Made by a program: the position numbers and the translations under genes. A stretch of 64,000 nucleotides of DNA, taken from NCBI RefSeq assembly GCF_009914755.1, contig NC_060928.1; one strand, 5' to 3'. The notes below the pieces were generated by a model that saw only the letters and a program-made list of their open reading frames with translations, had not been told where the DNA came from and ran no database searches. This document shows positions 13,130 through 27,040 of the stretch, piece after piece (position 1 is the stretch's first letter; the number at the start of each line of letters is the position of its first letter). Source of the DNA: the human T2T-CHM13v2.0 reference genome, Homo sapiens.

Positions 13130-13590
13130 AAGATATCCCGCTGAGTTAGGATTCATTTCAGCCACGAATAATGTAAAATCTCAAACCAGAGTGACTTAAT
13201 CAGGATAGAAGCGTATTTCTCTCTCAGGATCCAGAAATCTGGAGGAGGTCAGCATGGGACTGGTTTGATGTTCCTTCGTGTGAGGGATCCATGTTTCTTC
13301 TTTATACCTCACTCTGCCTGGCTTCCACTTCCAACAAGGTCCAGAGTAGCTGCAGCTGTGCCAGCCATTGTCTGCATATCCCAGTCGTTGGAAAGGAGGA
13401 AAAGGGGTGAAGAAAGGCATGGTGGTGGTTTTGAGGACACTTCTCAGGTGTTTCACACAGAACTCCTGCTTGCATTCTTTGGTCATATTGAGTGTATGTT
13501 CACCCTGAGTTTCGGGGGAGGTTAGACGGTGCAGTCTCTATTCCACATGGCTGTATTGGGAGTTCTGTTCTTCGAGGAAAGGATAGGTGT
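13130..13590 (-). mobile_element. MLT1J-like LTR
   Basis: gttaggattcatttcagcc…agtgacttaa…gtccagagtagctgcagctgtgccagccatt. Confidence 0.55.
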
Positions 13591-15036
13591 TGGGGGGCAC
13601 CTGCCACCTGCTACTCCAGGGGTGCAGGGAGAGGACACTGGCCCAGGGCTAGCTCAGCTCTCTGGATTTCTGCCTCCACTTGGGGTTTTGGTCTCCAAAG
13701 AATCCTGTTTTCTTGCAAGCTTAACAGTGCACCTTGAAATATCTGAAGGTGTGTTTAATCCAGCTTTATTGCTGTTTCCCTATTGCTCCCTTCCCATGGG
13801 AAGGATCTGCATGGTATTTAGGCTGCCATATTGCCAGAAAGAGGCCGTCTCCCTGGTGGATGTTTTGGGATCCCTTGCTGTTTCACATCTGCCTCTGCTC
13901 TCTGTTCCATTTCATTCCCCCACACATTCATCACATACCTGTGGCTTGGTGCTGGTCCTGGGAGGGGGTCTTGGGGGTGAGGAGCAGGGGGAACAGCTGG
14001 ATTACAGAGACCCACCCCAGCAGAGGCTGCAGCCAGTGGGTGGTGAGCAGAGAACACCCTCCAAAGCCCACAGACAGTCCCCCAGGTGGTGGTCTCTGTG
14101 GAGGTGACCCCCAGGACCTGCACCAGTGAAGTTACAGATGCTGAAAGGATGCACATGCAGCCACACGGGGGAACAGAAGAGCCACCGGAGCGTGGGGACA
14201 CCACGTCAGGGAGAGGTGCTCTGGCCGGTTGCATGAGTGGAGACGGGGACTCCTTGAATTCCGAGCATTGAACATTTCTGCTCCCATGAACCACCCCTTC
14301 TTGATAATAACTTACTCTTTAAGACTGAGTTTCAGTGCCTTAGATGGAAAGATCTTACCTGACAACTCTTTGAAGGTGAGCTACAGGAGAGTTATTGCAG
14401 TGAGGAGCTCCTGTAAATAACAATTTGCTCTTTACAACCTGCCGGAGAATAGAGCTAGGGTTGTTTTTAGCGATGGAGAATATCCACTCAAACCCATTTG
14501 ACTGTGGATTGCATTCTTAAATACTTATTCAACGATCGTCTCTGTGGCCGTCAGACTCCAGCGACTTTGATTCCACTGTTGAAACAGTTACACAGTATCC
14601 TGGCTTCTCGTTCCGACTCCTTGTCCTTCGTTTCTGCTGCAAACGGTCACCTCCCAGACCTGTAAGCTTCACCTGTTCCTCTCAGAAGTTTCCAGAGCTC
14701 CTCTGTCAGATGTCGGGCTGCTAAGAACATGTAGCTCCTGAACCTCCTCAGGAACAGGGAGGTGCGTCCTGTGCCTTGAGGGCCGCCTCTGTGGGTACTG
14801 GCTGGACTTGCCCTGTTTGGGTCTGCATTATCCTGTGCTCTTGGGCATATGTTCACCCTGAGCTTCAGGGAAGGCTAGACGGTGTGGTCTCCATTCTGTG
14901 TGACTGTATTGGGAGTTATATTCTTCAAGCAGAGGAGGGTGGGTGACGATGCCATCAGGAAGCAAGGGCAGAGCCCCTGTGGATGACCCCAGGGGTAGCA
15001 CATGCGGGCAGGCAATTTTTATAATAATGCACCCAT

Positions 15037-15060
15037 AATTACTTTTGCACCAACCTAATA
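15037..15060. mobile_element. MADE1/Hsmar1 terminal inverted repeat (solo half) with TA
   Basis: aattacttttgcaccaacctaa+ta matches the recalled MADE1 right terminus exactly. Confidence 0.85.
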
Positions 15061-18000
15061 GTGTCACAGGGCCCTGAGCTGTTGAGGATCCTTTGACTTC
15101 ATTCCTAGATAAACAGAGTGGGGACAACAGCTGTTTCTGAATTTGTTACCTGATAAGTCCTACACTTTATATGAAGCTTTTTCTCTGAAGCGATTTCACT
15201 ACCAGCCTTCAGCTCAGAGGCAGAAAGCCCCCGTCAATTTTTCTGCCATCTCTTTGCCGACATAAAACCCTGATGATGGATATCAACTTTTAGTATTTCA
15301 TTGACTTCATGGTCTGGCCACAAGAGTTACGCTTATGAAGCTGCAGGTTCCCACCTTCAAAATTGATCTCTCTGTCTTTCTTGTGTTATCATTTGTCTCT
15401 CCTTGGCCTTTTAATCATGAAAATAAAAATATGTGTTCAGCATTTCAATACTTGGATCTGAGACAGATGCTCCACGCAGACGCTTTTGGAGACTTGCTGT
15501 GTCCTGAAGCCACGTGGATCCTCCTGGGGAGGTGGAGAGGGTGCGTCGGGGAATTTTTGTTCTGCAGCCTGCCCCGCCACCTTCCAGATTCAACGCCTAC
15601 CACTCTTCCTCCGTGAAGCCCTCCATAAGCCCCCTTTGACCTCCCGCCCCACCTGCCTGTCATTGAGCGCTTCTTGGGCACCTGGTGTTACAGCGATGGC
15701 CCATCTCATCCTTACAACAGCCCTGAGTGTCAATAATTAATAACAATTTTGTCCACCTCACAGACAAGATTGGGGCTCATGGAAGGAAGCAGCCTTTTCC
15801 CCAAGGCAACTGCATCCAGTCATGGGTAGTCCTGAGAATCCTGCCAAGTCTTTCTGGCTCTCTTCCCTGGGCCACCCAGGAGTTCAGAGCAGATGGAATC
15901 TCAGAGCAGCATAGTTCCCATGCTTGTTGATGAGGGGGTCAGTGTTCAAGAGGAAAGTCACATTCCCAGGATCACATGGCCAATGAGTAGCAGAGATAGG
16001 TGCTCCTCAGCCCCCAGCCCCAGGGCTGTCTCTACCGCATCAGCCTGGACCCCAGAGCGTCTTGGTGGCATCCTTGAAGTCACAGTCCCCGGCTGGCCGT
16101 GAGTGAGTTGCGGTTCCCCTGTGCTTTGGTTTGGGCTCTCGCAGAAGCAGAACCTGAAATGAGGATTTGCAGACAAATACCGTGTTTAGGACATGCCATG
16201 CCCTGCCAGGGCATGGCACCAAGAAGAGAAGGAGGCCTCCACAGTGCCCAATAGTCAGCACTTAGTCCCTCTGGGCACCCCTGGGAGCTAGTGTATGGCA
16301 CACGCAGTTGTCCCACCAGAGCAGGAGTGTGGGTATTTACACACCAGCCTCCCTCGTCACTTCCTGCCTGCCATGCTCCCTGGCAGAGCTGCCACCTAGC
16401 AGATGGCAGTGGGGCTGGCAGGAAATGGAAATGATAAGGTTCAATTGCCACTCCTCAGAGAAGGCTGCCGGATTGCACACCCCAGGATCTCCGGACCACG
16501 TCACTCAGTTTCATCATCGTCAGGGCCCTTTGACCACCTGAAGCTACCTTGCTCATTACCGTGCCCTGGCTTATTGACACAGAACTCAAGCTCCACATAC
16601 CAGGGGCCATCTCTGTCACTTACTTGCTGAGCCCCTTGTTTCCCAGGACAACACCTGGCATGTAGCTGTCACTGAAAAATATCAGTTCAGCAGAAGCCCA
16701 GATCCTTTCTGACAAACATGAGGGAAGTGGGCATCCCACACAGGCTCCCAGGAAGAGGTGTTCAAGATGCTTGCCAGCCAGGGACAGGGCACTCAGTGAC
16801 AGGGACAGAGGCAGCCAGCACCTGGAGGTGCCCACTGGCAGCCCCAGTCCCCAGGACCTGATGCCAGGCTTCTGTGCCATCTGTGGGCTGCCCTCCGGTC
16901 ATGCCCACAGGCTTCCCGCTCCAGGGACATCACATCAACTTGGCTTGCACACCTTCTGTTGTCTGTGGCTCAGCATTTGCCGAGCATCTGATCTGTACCA
17001 GATTCTGCTTGGGGCCGGGCAGGATTTGTCACAGTCCTGCCCTCAGGGAGCTCCCATTCAAAGGGAGCCGCTCATATGTGAACACACCAGGGCCAGCATC
17101 AGGCACTAGCCGAGCACTAGTCATCCTTTCCAAAGTCACTTCCCAAATCCCTCTGTGCCCAGGCCTGCAGTGGACAATAGGGGTGAACATGAGGTTCTGA
17201 GCGGTCCTGGGGAGTCTCAGGCAGTCCCACTAAAAGCACTAACACTCAGGCTGCATGAGGGGCTGGTGAAGGGTTAAGGGCACAGGCGTGGGGTCAGACT
17301 CTACTCACTGGCTGTGTGGGCTTGGGCTCTGATGCTTAACCTCTCTGAACTTGGTTTTGTTGTTGTTGTTGTTTTTCATTTGTTTGTTTTTCCTTTTCAA
17401 GGTGAGTAACAATCCTTGCCTTGCAGAACTTTGAAAGGAATACATTGGTTAAAATCTTTCAGTGCCTTACATACAGTAAATTCTAAACCAGCCAAAGTTT
17501 CTGTTAGCACCGTTTCTCTTCCTCATAGCTCCGTGCTTACCTGGAGGCACTGCCCTGTGGATCAATGTGGCAGTCAAGGCGCCTCTATACAGCCCACCCG
17601 GCCAGACCTGTTCTCAGCCATCCTCAGCCCTCGTCAACTGCCAATTCAGACCCTCCTCTGTGACCTCCCCCGTCCAGCCCCTGTGGTTTCTCCTTGGTCA
17701 GTCCTCTCTCTGCCATGTGAGAAAGGTTTTCCTCCTCCTCCAGACTGTGAGCCTTGCAGAAGGCAGGGAACACGTCCTGCTCTGTGTCCTTGGCCTAGGG
17801 CCTGGCACATAAATGACCAGAATGGAAGGGTCCCAGGGCCAGTGTGACGGGGAAGGTGGACGTGAGCTCCAGAGAGCGGCTCAGGAACTGTTCAAGCCAC
17901 CCACCCCCACCGCCCCCATGACCCGGGACCTCCGGATGGGCCTTGGGATGACAAGGGTCTCCGCTGCGCACTCTCATGGTGACTTGTCTCTTGTGTATCA

Positions 18001-19879
18001 GTGGTCAGCCCCTCTGCTCAGTGTGTGGAGTCTGCCTAACCCCAAACTCCAATGCCATCTGCCCTGCACTTTGCATTTTATTTTTAGCGAATGCAGCCGG
18101 GCACCCTATTTTCCTTCATTCCTTGGCAGTTGTGCTCGGGGCGGATAGCGCCAGTGAATGTCTGACCGTAATCATCCACAGGCCAGTTTTCAATCATGAG
18201 GTTGATGATTAGCTCACTAACACCCTCTCCCCAGACCGTCACCTTGGGGCCCCCAGACTAATTACTGCAGGACGCGCTGAGTAAAGTTCACAATGCCAGG
18301 GAATTGGGGGGAAATCTTATCAGCTCTGAAACTACTGAACAGCAAATGTGTTCCGAAGATGCAATTAGCCGCGGTTGGAATGGGAGATTGTTGGAGAGGG
18401 ACTTTGTGGGAGTCACGCCCACCCCTCCCTGCCACATGTGTCCTCTCCACACGTGAGATGCTGGTGTCAAGTTGCCAGTTAAATGAGGACACTCATGAGG
18501 GACGAGGATGTGGGCTGAGCTCCAGAGGACTGGTGTTTCCTTATCTCCATGGGACCCTGTCCTCCACCAGGGCCCCCAGCCCACCCCTGTCTGTGCATAC
18601 CTCCACTGTCACTCCAGGGGAGCTCTGCACGAGGCCCCCCGGGTTCATTGCATGGCACATTGGCAGAGTCAACACCGGGCCGGGGACGCAGACGAGCAGA
18701 CCTGCCCTTGTCTCAAGAAACAGCCGGGCCATAGCTGAGGTCTTTCCACCTGGGGTGGGGCTTGGGGGGGTCCTTAAGTACCTTAAAAATGCAGGCAGAG
18801 TGGTGTGGAGGGGGCACATTCTGTGCTCGGTTTTTCTAGGCAGCAAATCTGTTGATTCCATCAGATTCTTAAATGGTTTAGAACCAAAAGGGTCAGGAGC
18901 AATTGATCTAACAAAGGGGCCAACAAGTAAGTAGAGGATAGTCCAGTGCAGTCAGCACTACGATTGGTAAAGTCCCGGGAGCCAAGGTGGGTGGAAGAGC
19001 AGCCCCGATCCTGTGGACGGGGATGGGGAAGGGGAAGGCAAGGAGGATTTCCAAGCAGGGGCTCCCCGTGATGGGCAGGTCTTGGTGCCAGGGACTTTCA
19101 GATTCAGTCATTTAGTTACTGGCCATTCATCAACATCTCCAGGCATCAGCCCACTCCCGCACGCGTGCAGACACACAGACACTGAGAACGGAGGGTGGCA
19201 CTGCCCATCTGGCACCACAGAACTAAGCAGGATGGCCTGCAGCCACCATGCAGCCCAGCACCCACACGTCTACATGGGCGCCCACTGCAGCTACTGAGGC
19301 TGTGAAAAGCAAAAGCCCACATGGAGCCAGTGACAGCTCTTTCTGAAAGACTTTAGCTGGTAAAGGCAGAAACCATGACCTCAGCACCTTGCAGGTGGAG
19401 CTGGGGCTTCCTGGCCTTCTTCTGGGTGTTGGATGAAGCTGCAGCTTGGAAGTTAGCAAAATCCAAGGAGTGTAGACCATGAAGCCAGAGAGACCAGGCT
19501 CAAGTCCTGGCTGAGATGAGTGGGGTTGGGTGCAGTTGGACAGTCATGGGACCTACCTGCACATAGATTCCTTCCGCCCTCTCAGCCCCAAGGGAAACCG
19601 GCCGACCAGCACCCTGAGACTGCCCAGCACGGTGCCCAGCCCAGGAGCTGTTGGGAGCAGGTCTCTGGTTTGTCATCCATTGTTCATGTCTTCATGTGGA
19701 TCTGAAACATCACCCAAGGTGTCAGCCTTCAGGGCCCCCTGAAGGTGAGCCCCAAGAAGTGGGGACCCTCATGGCTTTGTCCACTGCCCAATATGTCAGG
19801 ATTTGTTTCCACGTAGCCGCAGGTAAAACTGGTTGTTAGGTTTTTAAATGCTTGGGAAAAAATTCAATAGTTGCAAAAA

Positions 19880-20045
19880 TGAGAAGAATAGGAATCCTCC
19901 ATGGCACATGAAAATGACATGGAATTCAGTTTCAGTGCCCGTGAATGCCTCTTGCTGGCACCCAGCCTCATACACTTGCTTACACATTGTCAGGGGCTGC
20001 ACTGGTGCTGTTAGGACAGAGGCCATAGGCCTGCAAAGCTGGTCC
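19880..20045 (+). mobile_element. MER58B-like hAT-Charlie fragment
   Basis: atggaattcagtttcagtgcccgtgaat…acagaggccataggcctgcaaagc. Confidence 0.5.
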
Positions 20046-21939
20046 TCTCCAGACAGGCTTGCCGAGCCCTGGCTCAGGCTCTGTGGATCCATGCCGAGAG
20101 GCCAGGGAGGCCAGTGAGGTGCTGAGGAAGGATCGGCCCCATGCCCAGCTCTGGGCTCTGCCGTGGGTTCCGGTTTCATCTGATGTGATGGGGAATGTGG
20201 TGTGGGACAGAAGAGGACAGCGGAAGGTGACACATGTAGCTTTGCAGGGGCTGTGGGAGGAGTCATGGGGCCTGGGTGGAGGTGCTGGAGGCTGACGGGC
20301 CGAGTTTCCGGAGCTCAGAAGGCTGGGGAGGTAAAACTGAGCATCATCAGCCAGGATGCGGGAGTTTCATCCTGAAAACAATGAGATCACTCAGACAGGA
20401 CACAACAGGAATCCAAAATGGCTTTTGGGAGGTCACAGGGGTGAAAGGACGGTGGCTTGGGTCTGGGGGGAAGGAGAAGGGCATGGAGACAGGGTGGGAC
20501 AACTCTCCCAGTAGAGCTAGGACACACGCCTCCGCCACATCCCAGGCACCCTGCCGTGCCCTCCGGCTGCCTGCTCCCTCGGTCCTTCTGGCCACGATGG
20601 GGGTCGGGGGTCTGGGTTCATCTCCATCTCCTTAAGGACAGGCCTCTGCCTGAGTCACCGGTAACACTACATGGGGTGTGGCCGGGCTTGGGCTGGGGGA
20701 ACCAGTCCCCAGCCCACCAGGGGCCTCTACTTGAACCCACTAAGACCCCAGCCTGCCCTGCTCCCCTGGGCCCCACGCAGTGACTCGGCTGGGTGTGCTC
20801 GGCTCCTGCAGGAGCTCTTGCCACCTGCCTCAGCCTTCTTTCTGGGGCCTGGTCTGCTGGAAGGGATCAATGTCAATAACAACTGTTCATGTTGCCACAG
20901 AGAATTCCAATCCATGCACACTCTATTATGCTGTATAATCCCACCCCACAGGAGCTTCGCGGACGTGGGAGAGAATGAACGTTAGGCCTGGTACAAAGCC
21001 TGGCCCACAGCAGGCACCTGAAAAGTGACTGCTTAGCTTTGGAGGGGACAGGTAGTGGGAGGAGATGGGAGGGGAACAAGAAGAAGGGCTGGGGGAGGAG
21101 ACGCCATTCTTCGAGCCGGGCAAGGGCCAAGGCCAACAGCAGGGACTGGCTCTCGGGCCAGTGCTCTCCCCAACTGACTGCAAGCCCCTCTCTCTCCACC
21201 TCTTTCTGCGGGGAGGAGCCACAGGCTCTGCCTACCAGGAACTTGAGGTCCCAGGCCTGTAGGCCTGCAGAGCTCACAGACATCTCTCCTCTGAAGGAGG
21301 TGTCAGCCTTCCAGGCAGAGGGAGCATTTGGTGAAGGGCTGAACAAGCATCGGGGCATCCCAGCCTAGGTCTGCTGCCCAAAATAGGTCTTCCTGGTTCC
21401 CACTGAGAAATTAAATACATTTGTTGATACTCTACGTCTGCAGAAAAAAATGCAAGGAGGCCCAATAAACTAACGAATGAGACAGATGAGAGTGATTGAG
21501 GAAGAGTCGCGGGCGCTGTCTGTTCAGCGGGGCTCTGCGTGGCCAGGTGCCAGGAAGCTGCCAGCACTGCAGGGACCCAGCTGAGAATGTCAAGGGAAGC
21601 AGGGTAGGCCTGGGCCGCCCTCCACCCAGAAGCAATAAGTCCCCATTCACTGAGGTGTAATAAGGCATGTCTAGCAACTAAGGAGCACTCTGGGCCCCAT
21701 GTGAGGATAACTCCAAAGTTAGCCTTGGAGAAAGTGGCCCACTAAAGAACAAAGAAGCACATGCACCTCACATGGCTCACCAAGAATGACCCGTGGAGAC
21801 ACTGCTTGTGGAGATATCTCCCACACTGGACAACCGATTCCACACTCTCTCATCGATTTCCTAGTGTAAGCTGCTACTGAATGCCCAGGTGTGAGGCCCT
21901 GGATGGCCAGCCTAAGCCCTACCATCCTTACACTTGCAG

Positions 21940-23360
21940 TTCATCCATCCACCCATCTACCATGTGTCTACCAATCTATCTTTCCATCCATTTATCCATC
22001 CACCTATCCATTCACTCATCCGCCATCTACCCATATACCCATTCACCATCCATTCATTCACCATCCATCTATCCACCTATCCACTCATCAAACATCCGTT
22101 CACTCATCCATTCATTCATTCATTATCCACCCATCCACCAGCCATCCATCAATCCATCTATCCATCCACCTATTCATCAATCATACACCCATTCACCATC
22201 ATTCACCCATAATCCATTTATCCATCCACCTATCCACCAACCACGATCCATTCATCCACCCACCCATCACCATCCATTCATCCATCCTCTTACCCACTGT
22301 CCATCCATCCCATCCATCCCTCTACCCATCCACCCATCCACCATCCACCCATCAATCCATTCATCCATCCACCTATTCATCCACCTATTCACCATCCATT
22401 CCCCCATAATCCACCTATCCGTCCACCCATCCACTCATCCATCCACCCATCCACTCACCCATCCATCTATTCATCCACTCTTCCACCATCCACTTATCCA
22501 TCCTCTCATCTACTGTTCATCCATCCATCCACCATGAATCCATCCACCCATCCACCTTTCCACCATCCACCCATCAATCCATTCATCCATCCACCTATTT
22601 ACCATCCATTCACCCATAATCCATCCATTCACCCATAATCCATAACCCATCCACGCATCCACCATCCATTCATCCACCCACCCATCTATTCATCCACTCT
22701 TCCACCATGCATTTATCCATCCTCTCATCCACTGTCCATCCATCCATCCATCATGAATCCATCCACCCATCCACCTATCCACCTATCCACCATCCACCCA
22801 TCAATCCATTTATCCATCCACCTATCCACCCATCCACCACCCACCCATCAATCCATCTATCCATCCACCTATCCACCCATCCACCACCCACCCATCAATC
22901 CATCTATCCATCCACCTATTCATCCAACCATACACCCATTCACCATCATTCACCCATAATCCATTCATCCATCCACCTATCCACCAACCACCATCCATTC
23001 ATCCATCCATCCATCTCTTATCCACTGTCCATCCATCCCTCTACTCATCCACCCATCTGCCATCCACCCATCAATCCATTCATCCATCCACCTATTAATC
23101 CACCTACCCACCCCATTCACCATCCATTCACCCATAATCCAGGGACTAGCTCTCGAGCCAGTGCTCCACCCATCTGTTCATCTGCTTATCCATTCATCCA
23201 TCCATTTACTCATCCATCCACCTATTCACCCATCCACCATCTCTCTGTCTACCCATCCATCCATCCATTCATCTACTCATCCATTGTCCTCCATCTGTTC
23301 ATCCATCTGCCATCCATTCACTCATTCATTCATTCATTCATTCATCCATCTGCCTTCCTT
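21940..23360. repeat. (CCAT)n/(TCAT)n-derived complex tandem repeat, ~1.4 kb, with higher-order duplicated blocks
   Basis: Continuous CCAT/CCAC/TCAT tetramers. Internal blocks recur (22142-22260 ≈ 22889-23010; ~22464-22556 ≈ ~22683-22775). Confidence 0.95.
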
Positions 23361-24035
23361 CACTCCATATTGATTTGTCAGAGATTTACCTGGCACTGCT
23401 GTAGTTTCTGGAGATATAACAGTGAGCAAGAGAGACAAGACCCTCCTATCTGGAACTTAAGCTTGAAGTCAGGGCATTGGACAAGTTGTGTACTGCACAG
23501 GGGCAATTAGCTGAGGACAAATGGGGCTATGGAGTGAGGTGCCTTGGCCTGGAGAAAGGAAAATCTTTTTCCTGGTATAAGGGGGTTAACCATTCTCCAG
23601 GCATGTGCCAGGGAGGGAGAGGTGCCTTTTAAAATGTGGGTAAAGTCTTTGACCAGGAGAGCAGCAGCACTGTTGCACCCTGGGGTGATCTAAGAGGGAC
23701 ATGGTTACATACCTGCCCTCTCCCCAGTCCCACCACCTCCACCTCCACTCTTGCCACATCAGGTGTTCCTGTGCCTGCCCGTGCTTTTCCATCACCTGAA
23801 ATAACTTCCTCCCACGGTAGATTTCCCCAACTGTTCTTCATCCTTCCAGTGATACTTCCAGGAAACTACAGATCCCTGGGGACTAGGTGGCTCCTCTGTG
23901 CTCCCGCAGACCTGAGCTTCCCTCTTCACGGTGCTCATCACTTAACAGTAGACAGCAAGGAGCCTCTGCTGGCCTCACAGCTGACCAGGGGTGACCAACA
24001 GCCTCCAAACCCACTTCAGTGGCTCCATTCTCTCA

Positions 24036-24245
24036 TAGGGCTGCCAGCTTAAACAAAGAACTTTTTAAAGGATGCACAGTTAAATTTGAATTTTATATAT
24101 CAACCAGTTAGTTTAGTATATCACAAATATTGCATACTTATACTAAAATTATGTGATGTTTGGGGCATACTTATTACTAAAAAAAGTTACTTCTTTATTG
24201 GAAATTCAAATATAACTGGGTGTCCTATATTTTCTGGCATCCCTA
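24036..24245. mobile_element. MER53 palindromic DNA-transposon MITE
   Basis: Termini tagggctgccag / ctggcatcccta. Internal inverted arms cagttaaatttgaattt / aaattcaaatataactg. Confidence 0.8.
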
Positions 24246-24444
24246 GCTTCAGCTGGACTCTAGCCTATAGGAACAGGTTTTCAATAAGGGATGGAGCCTG
24301 GCAGGTGGCCCTAAAGCCAGTATAGCTGGAATCATCTCCCTGAGCCCTACATCTCATACCTAGCCAAATAATTACCTTCATCTGGAGGCTTCTTTGATCC
24401 TCCCACTCCTGGCTGAAAAAGGTGCCTCCTCTGAGTGCCGCTAG

Positions 24445-24645
24445 CCAACCCACTCACATATACATACACACACATCCATCCATCCATCCATCTGTCATCT
24501 ATCCATTCACCCATCCACCATCCACCTATTCATCCACCTATCTACCCATTCACCATCCACTCATCCATAATCCATCTATCCATCCATCCATCCACTTATC
24601 CTCCATCCATCCATCCACCCATCTACCATTCATTCATCCATCCTC
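24445..24645. repeat. (CCAT)n low-complexity tract
   Basis: Seen directly. Confidence 0.9.
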
Positions 24646-25307
24646 TAGCCCCTGAGCTACCCTTCATCCAAGTGGGGTGGTCATGTGTCTTTGTCAGACA
24701 CCCACCACCCTCAAGGTGATCTCCTCCCGCAAGGACCCAGACAGACAGACCCTAAGGAGCCCCGATCTCTGTGGGTTGGTTGGGTCACACCAAGCCCAAA
24801 AGTGAGTGCAATAAAGTGGCCTCAGCCCTGAATGGATGTTTTTTCTGCCTAATTATAAAAATACATTGCAATAGAAATCACAAAACAGAACAACTTGGCT
24901 ATTACAGGGACATGCTTTATACTCATAACTTAAAGAGCTTGTTTTAAAAACTGACTATAAAACCATTTAATTACTTGGTTTTAAAACCAGCCATGTGGAA
25001 ATTATGTTCCCTCGATGGACGTTTGGAGGTGATTTCTGGCAGAGAACTCTGCGATGGTGCAGACTGCTCCAGGCTCCCTGGGGCTGCCTGACATTTGCAC
25101 AGCCCCACAAGGCCCCTGAGCCCTCTCTTGGCCCTTTTGAGCTTTGCAGGGCTCCAGCAGGTGGACAATTGGTCACTCTTCTCTCCACACCAAAGGTGAG
25201 GAGCCCAGGGTTCAGCAACATGGACCTCGTGGTGCCTGGTCCAGCAGCTAGTCCAAATTGTGGCCAGGCCAGAATTCTGAATATTTTGACTACAAACCCT
25301 GTAGTAT

Positions 25308-25586
25308 TCTATCCGTCCACCCGCCATCCACCATCCATCTATCCAAGTGCCATTGATCTATATATTTATCTATCCATTGGTTATCTCATCTATCCATCCA
25401 CCTACTCACCCATCCATCCATCTATCTATACACACACCCACTCACCCCATTATCCATCCACCCACCTATCCATGTGCCATTGATCTATATGGTATTCGTC
25501 TCTCCATTGGTTATCCATCAATATATGCACCTACCCATCCACCCACCCACCCGTGCATGCATACACCCTTTCCTTCCATCCATCCA
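25308..25586. repeat. (CCAT)n-derived tract with a ~128-bp two-copy duplication
   Basis: gtgccattgatctatat…tccattggttat occurs at ~25347 and ~25475. Confidence 0.85.
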
Positions 25587-27009
25587 GAAAGGCTTTATAG
25601 AGCTCCTCATATGCCTAGTTTCTGGGCAAGCAGGGGTGTGGGGTGTGCATAGAATCTGCTGTCTGACGTCAAGGAGCTCACAGCCCAATGAGACTCTGAA
25701 ACTACTATCCTGACGTAGAGTAAGTTCTAAGTGGAGGTGTGTAGAAACTGCCATGGAACCATGGTGGGGGATTGGGCACAAGCGTGGAGCAAGGAGTGCT
25801 TCATAGAGGAGGAGACATTTGAGTTGGCCTTTGGAGGGTGTATAGGAGTTGGCCATGTGGAAGAAGGGTCAGATATTCCGAGCAACTTTTAGTTCAAGTT
25901 CAAAATCCTGAAGCTCAGAATCTGACTTGCCCCTCATGGGCTGTGTTTCTAGGGACAAGCCTTGGTGATTTTGGAGCTCAGTTTCCTCATCTGAGAAAGG
26001 GGGAGAAGGGGGAAGAAGTGTGCTTCCTCTGAGCCGCCTACCGGTGCCGCCCCAGCTCTGCCTCACCTTCCAGCTGGGGCTTTCTTTCTGGGATTCGCGG
26101 TCAGGAGTGGGATGCTCGCCCATCCCTCCGTTTTTCCCTCTTCCTCCATGACCCTACCCAATGTCATGGCTTCAGATATTATGTCTGCACCCCCACCACT
26201 CCCCAGCCCTGATGCCCCAATCAAAGTCCAAACTCAGATCTCCTGCTGCCCCATGACACCCCCTCGGAGGGTGGACAGGCATCCCTGATTCATCGCGTTG
26301 CCATCGGAACTCTTCCACCTGCTTCACAGAAGCCTCCTCCGCAGGCTCCTCTCAGGAAGTGGTCCCATCCCCCTTCACGCTAAAAACTCAGGGGTCATCC
26401 ATTCCCCCTCTATCCCCTCACCCCACCTCAGATGCACTAGTGAGGTCTGTGCTGCACAGTGAGTTCTCCAAACCACGAGACCTTTGTCCACATTTCAGCC
26501 CCAGGGCCCAAGCACGCCCATCTTCCAGGGCTTTTTCCAGGACCCCAGCCCCTCTGTCTGCCCTCCACTCTGCACCCGGAGGGGCATTCACCAGGGAAAT
26601 CAGGTTGCATCTCCTCTGTTCAAGGCCCCCAATGGTTCCCCATCCCACATTGCAATCAGACTCCTCACGAGGCTCCCGGGCCCGCACTCTGCCTGCCTCT
26701 CCGCCCCCAGCACGTTCTGCTCGCCCCTTCATGCCTCCAGCTTCGGGACTCCTGTGGTTTCTCCAAACGCCAAGTTTGGTGCCTCAGGACCTTTGTGCAT
26801 GCTGCCACCCTCCCTAGCATGTGCCCTCCCCTGTGCCTAGGAGGCTTTTCTGCCTCAGGAACATTTTTCCTTACCCTCCTTTCCCAGGTCACAACCCCCA
26901 CCCCACCCTAGGACTTGCATCTTATTACCTTGCTTTATATTTGCCGTGGTTTTTTTCACTATTTGAGAGTATATTATTGCTTTTACTTATTGTCTGAGCC
27001 ATGTGCGCA

Positions 27010-27040
<31 letters not shown>

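Noticed and set aside
21881-23510. Long His/Pro/Ser/Ile-rich ORFs (up to 267 aa)
   Set aside because: Translations of the stop-poor (CCAT)n repeat, open in several frames at once.
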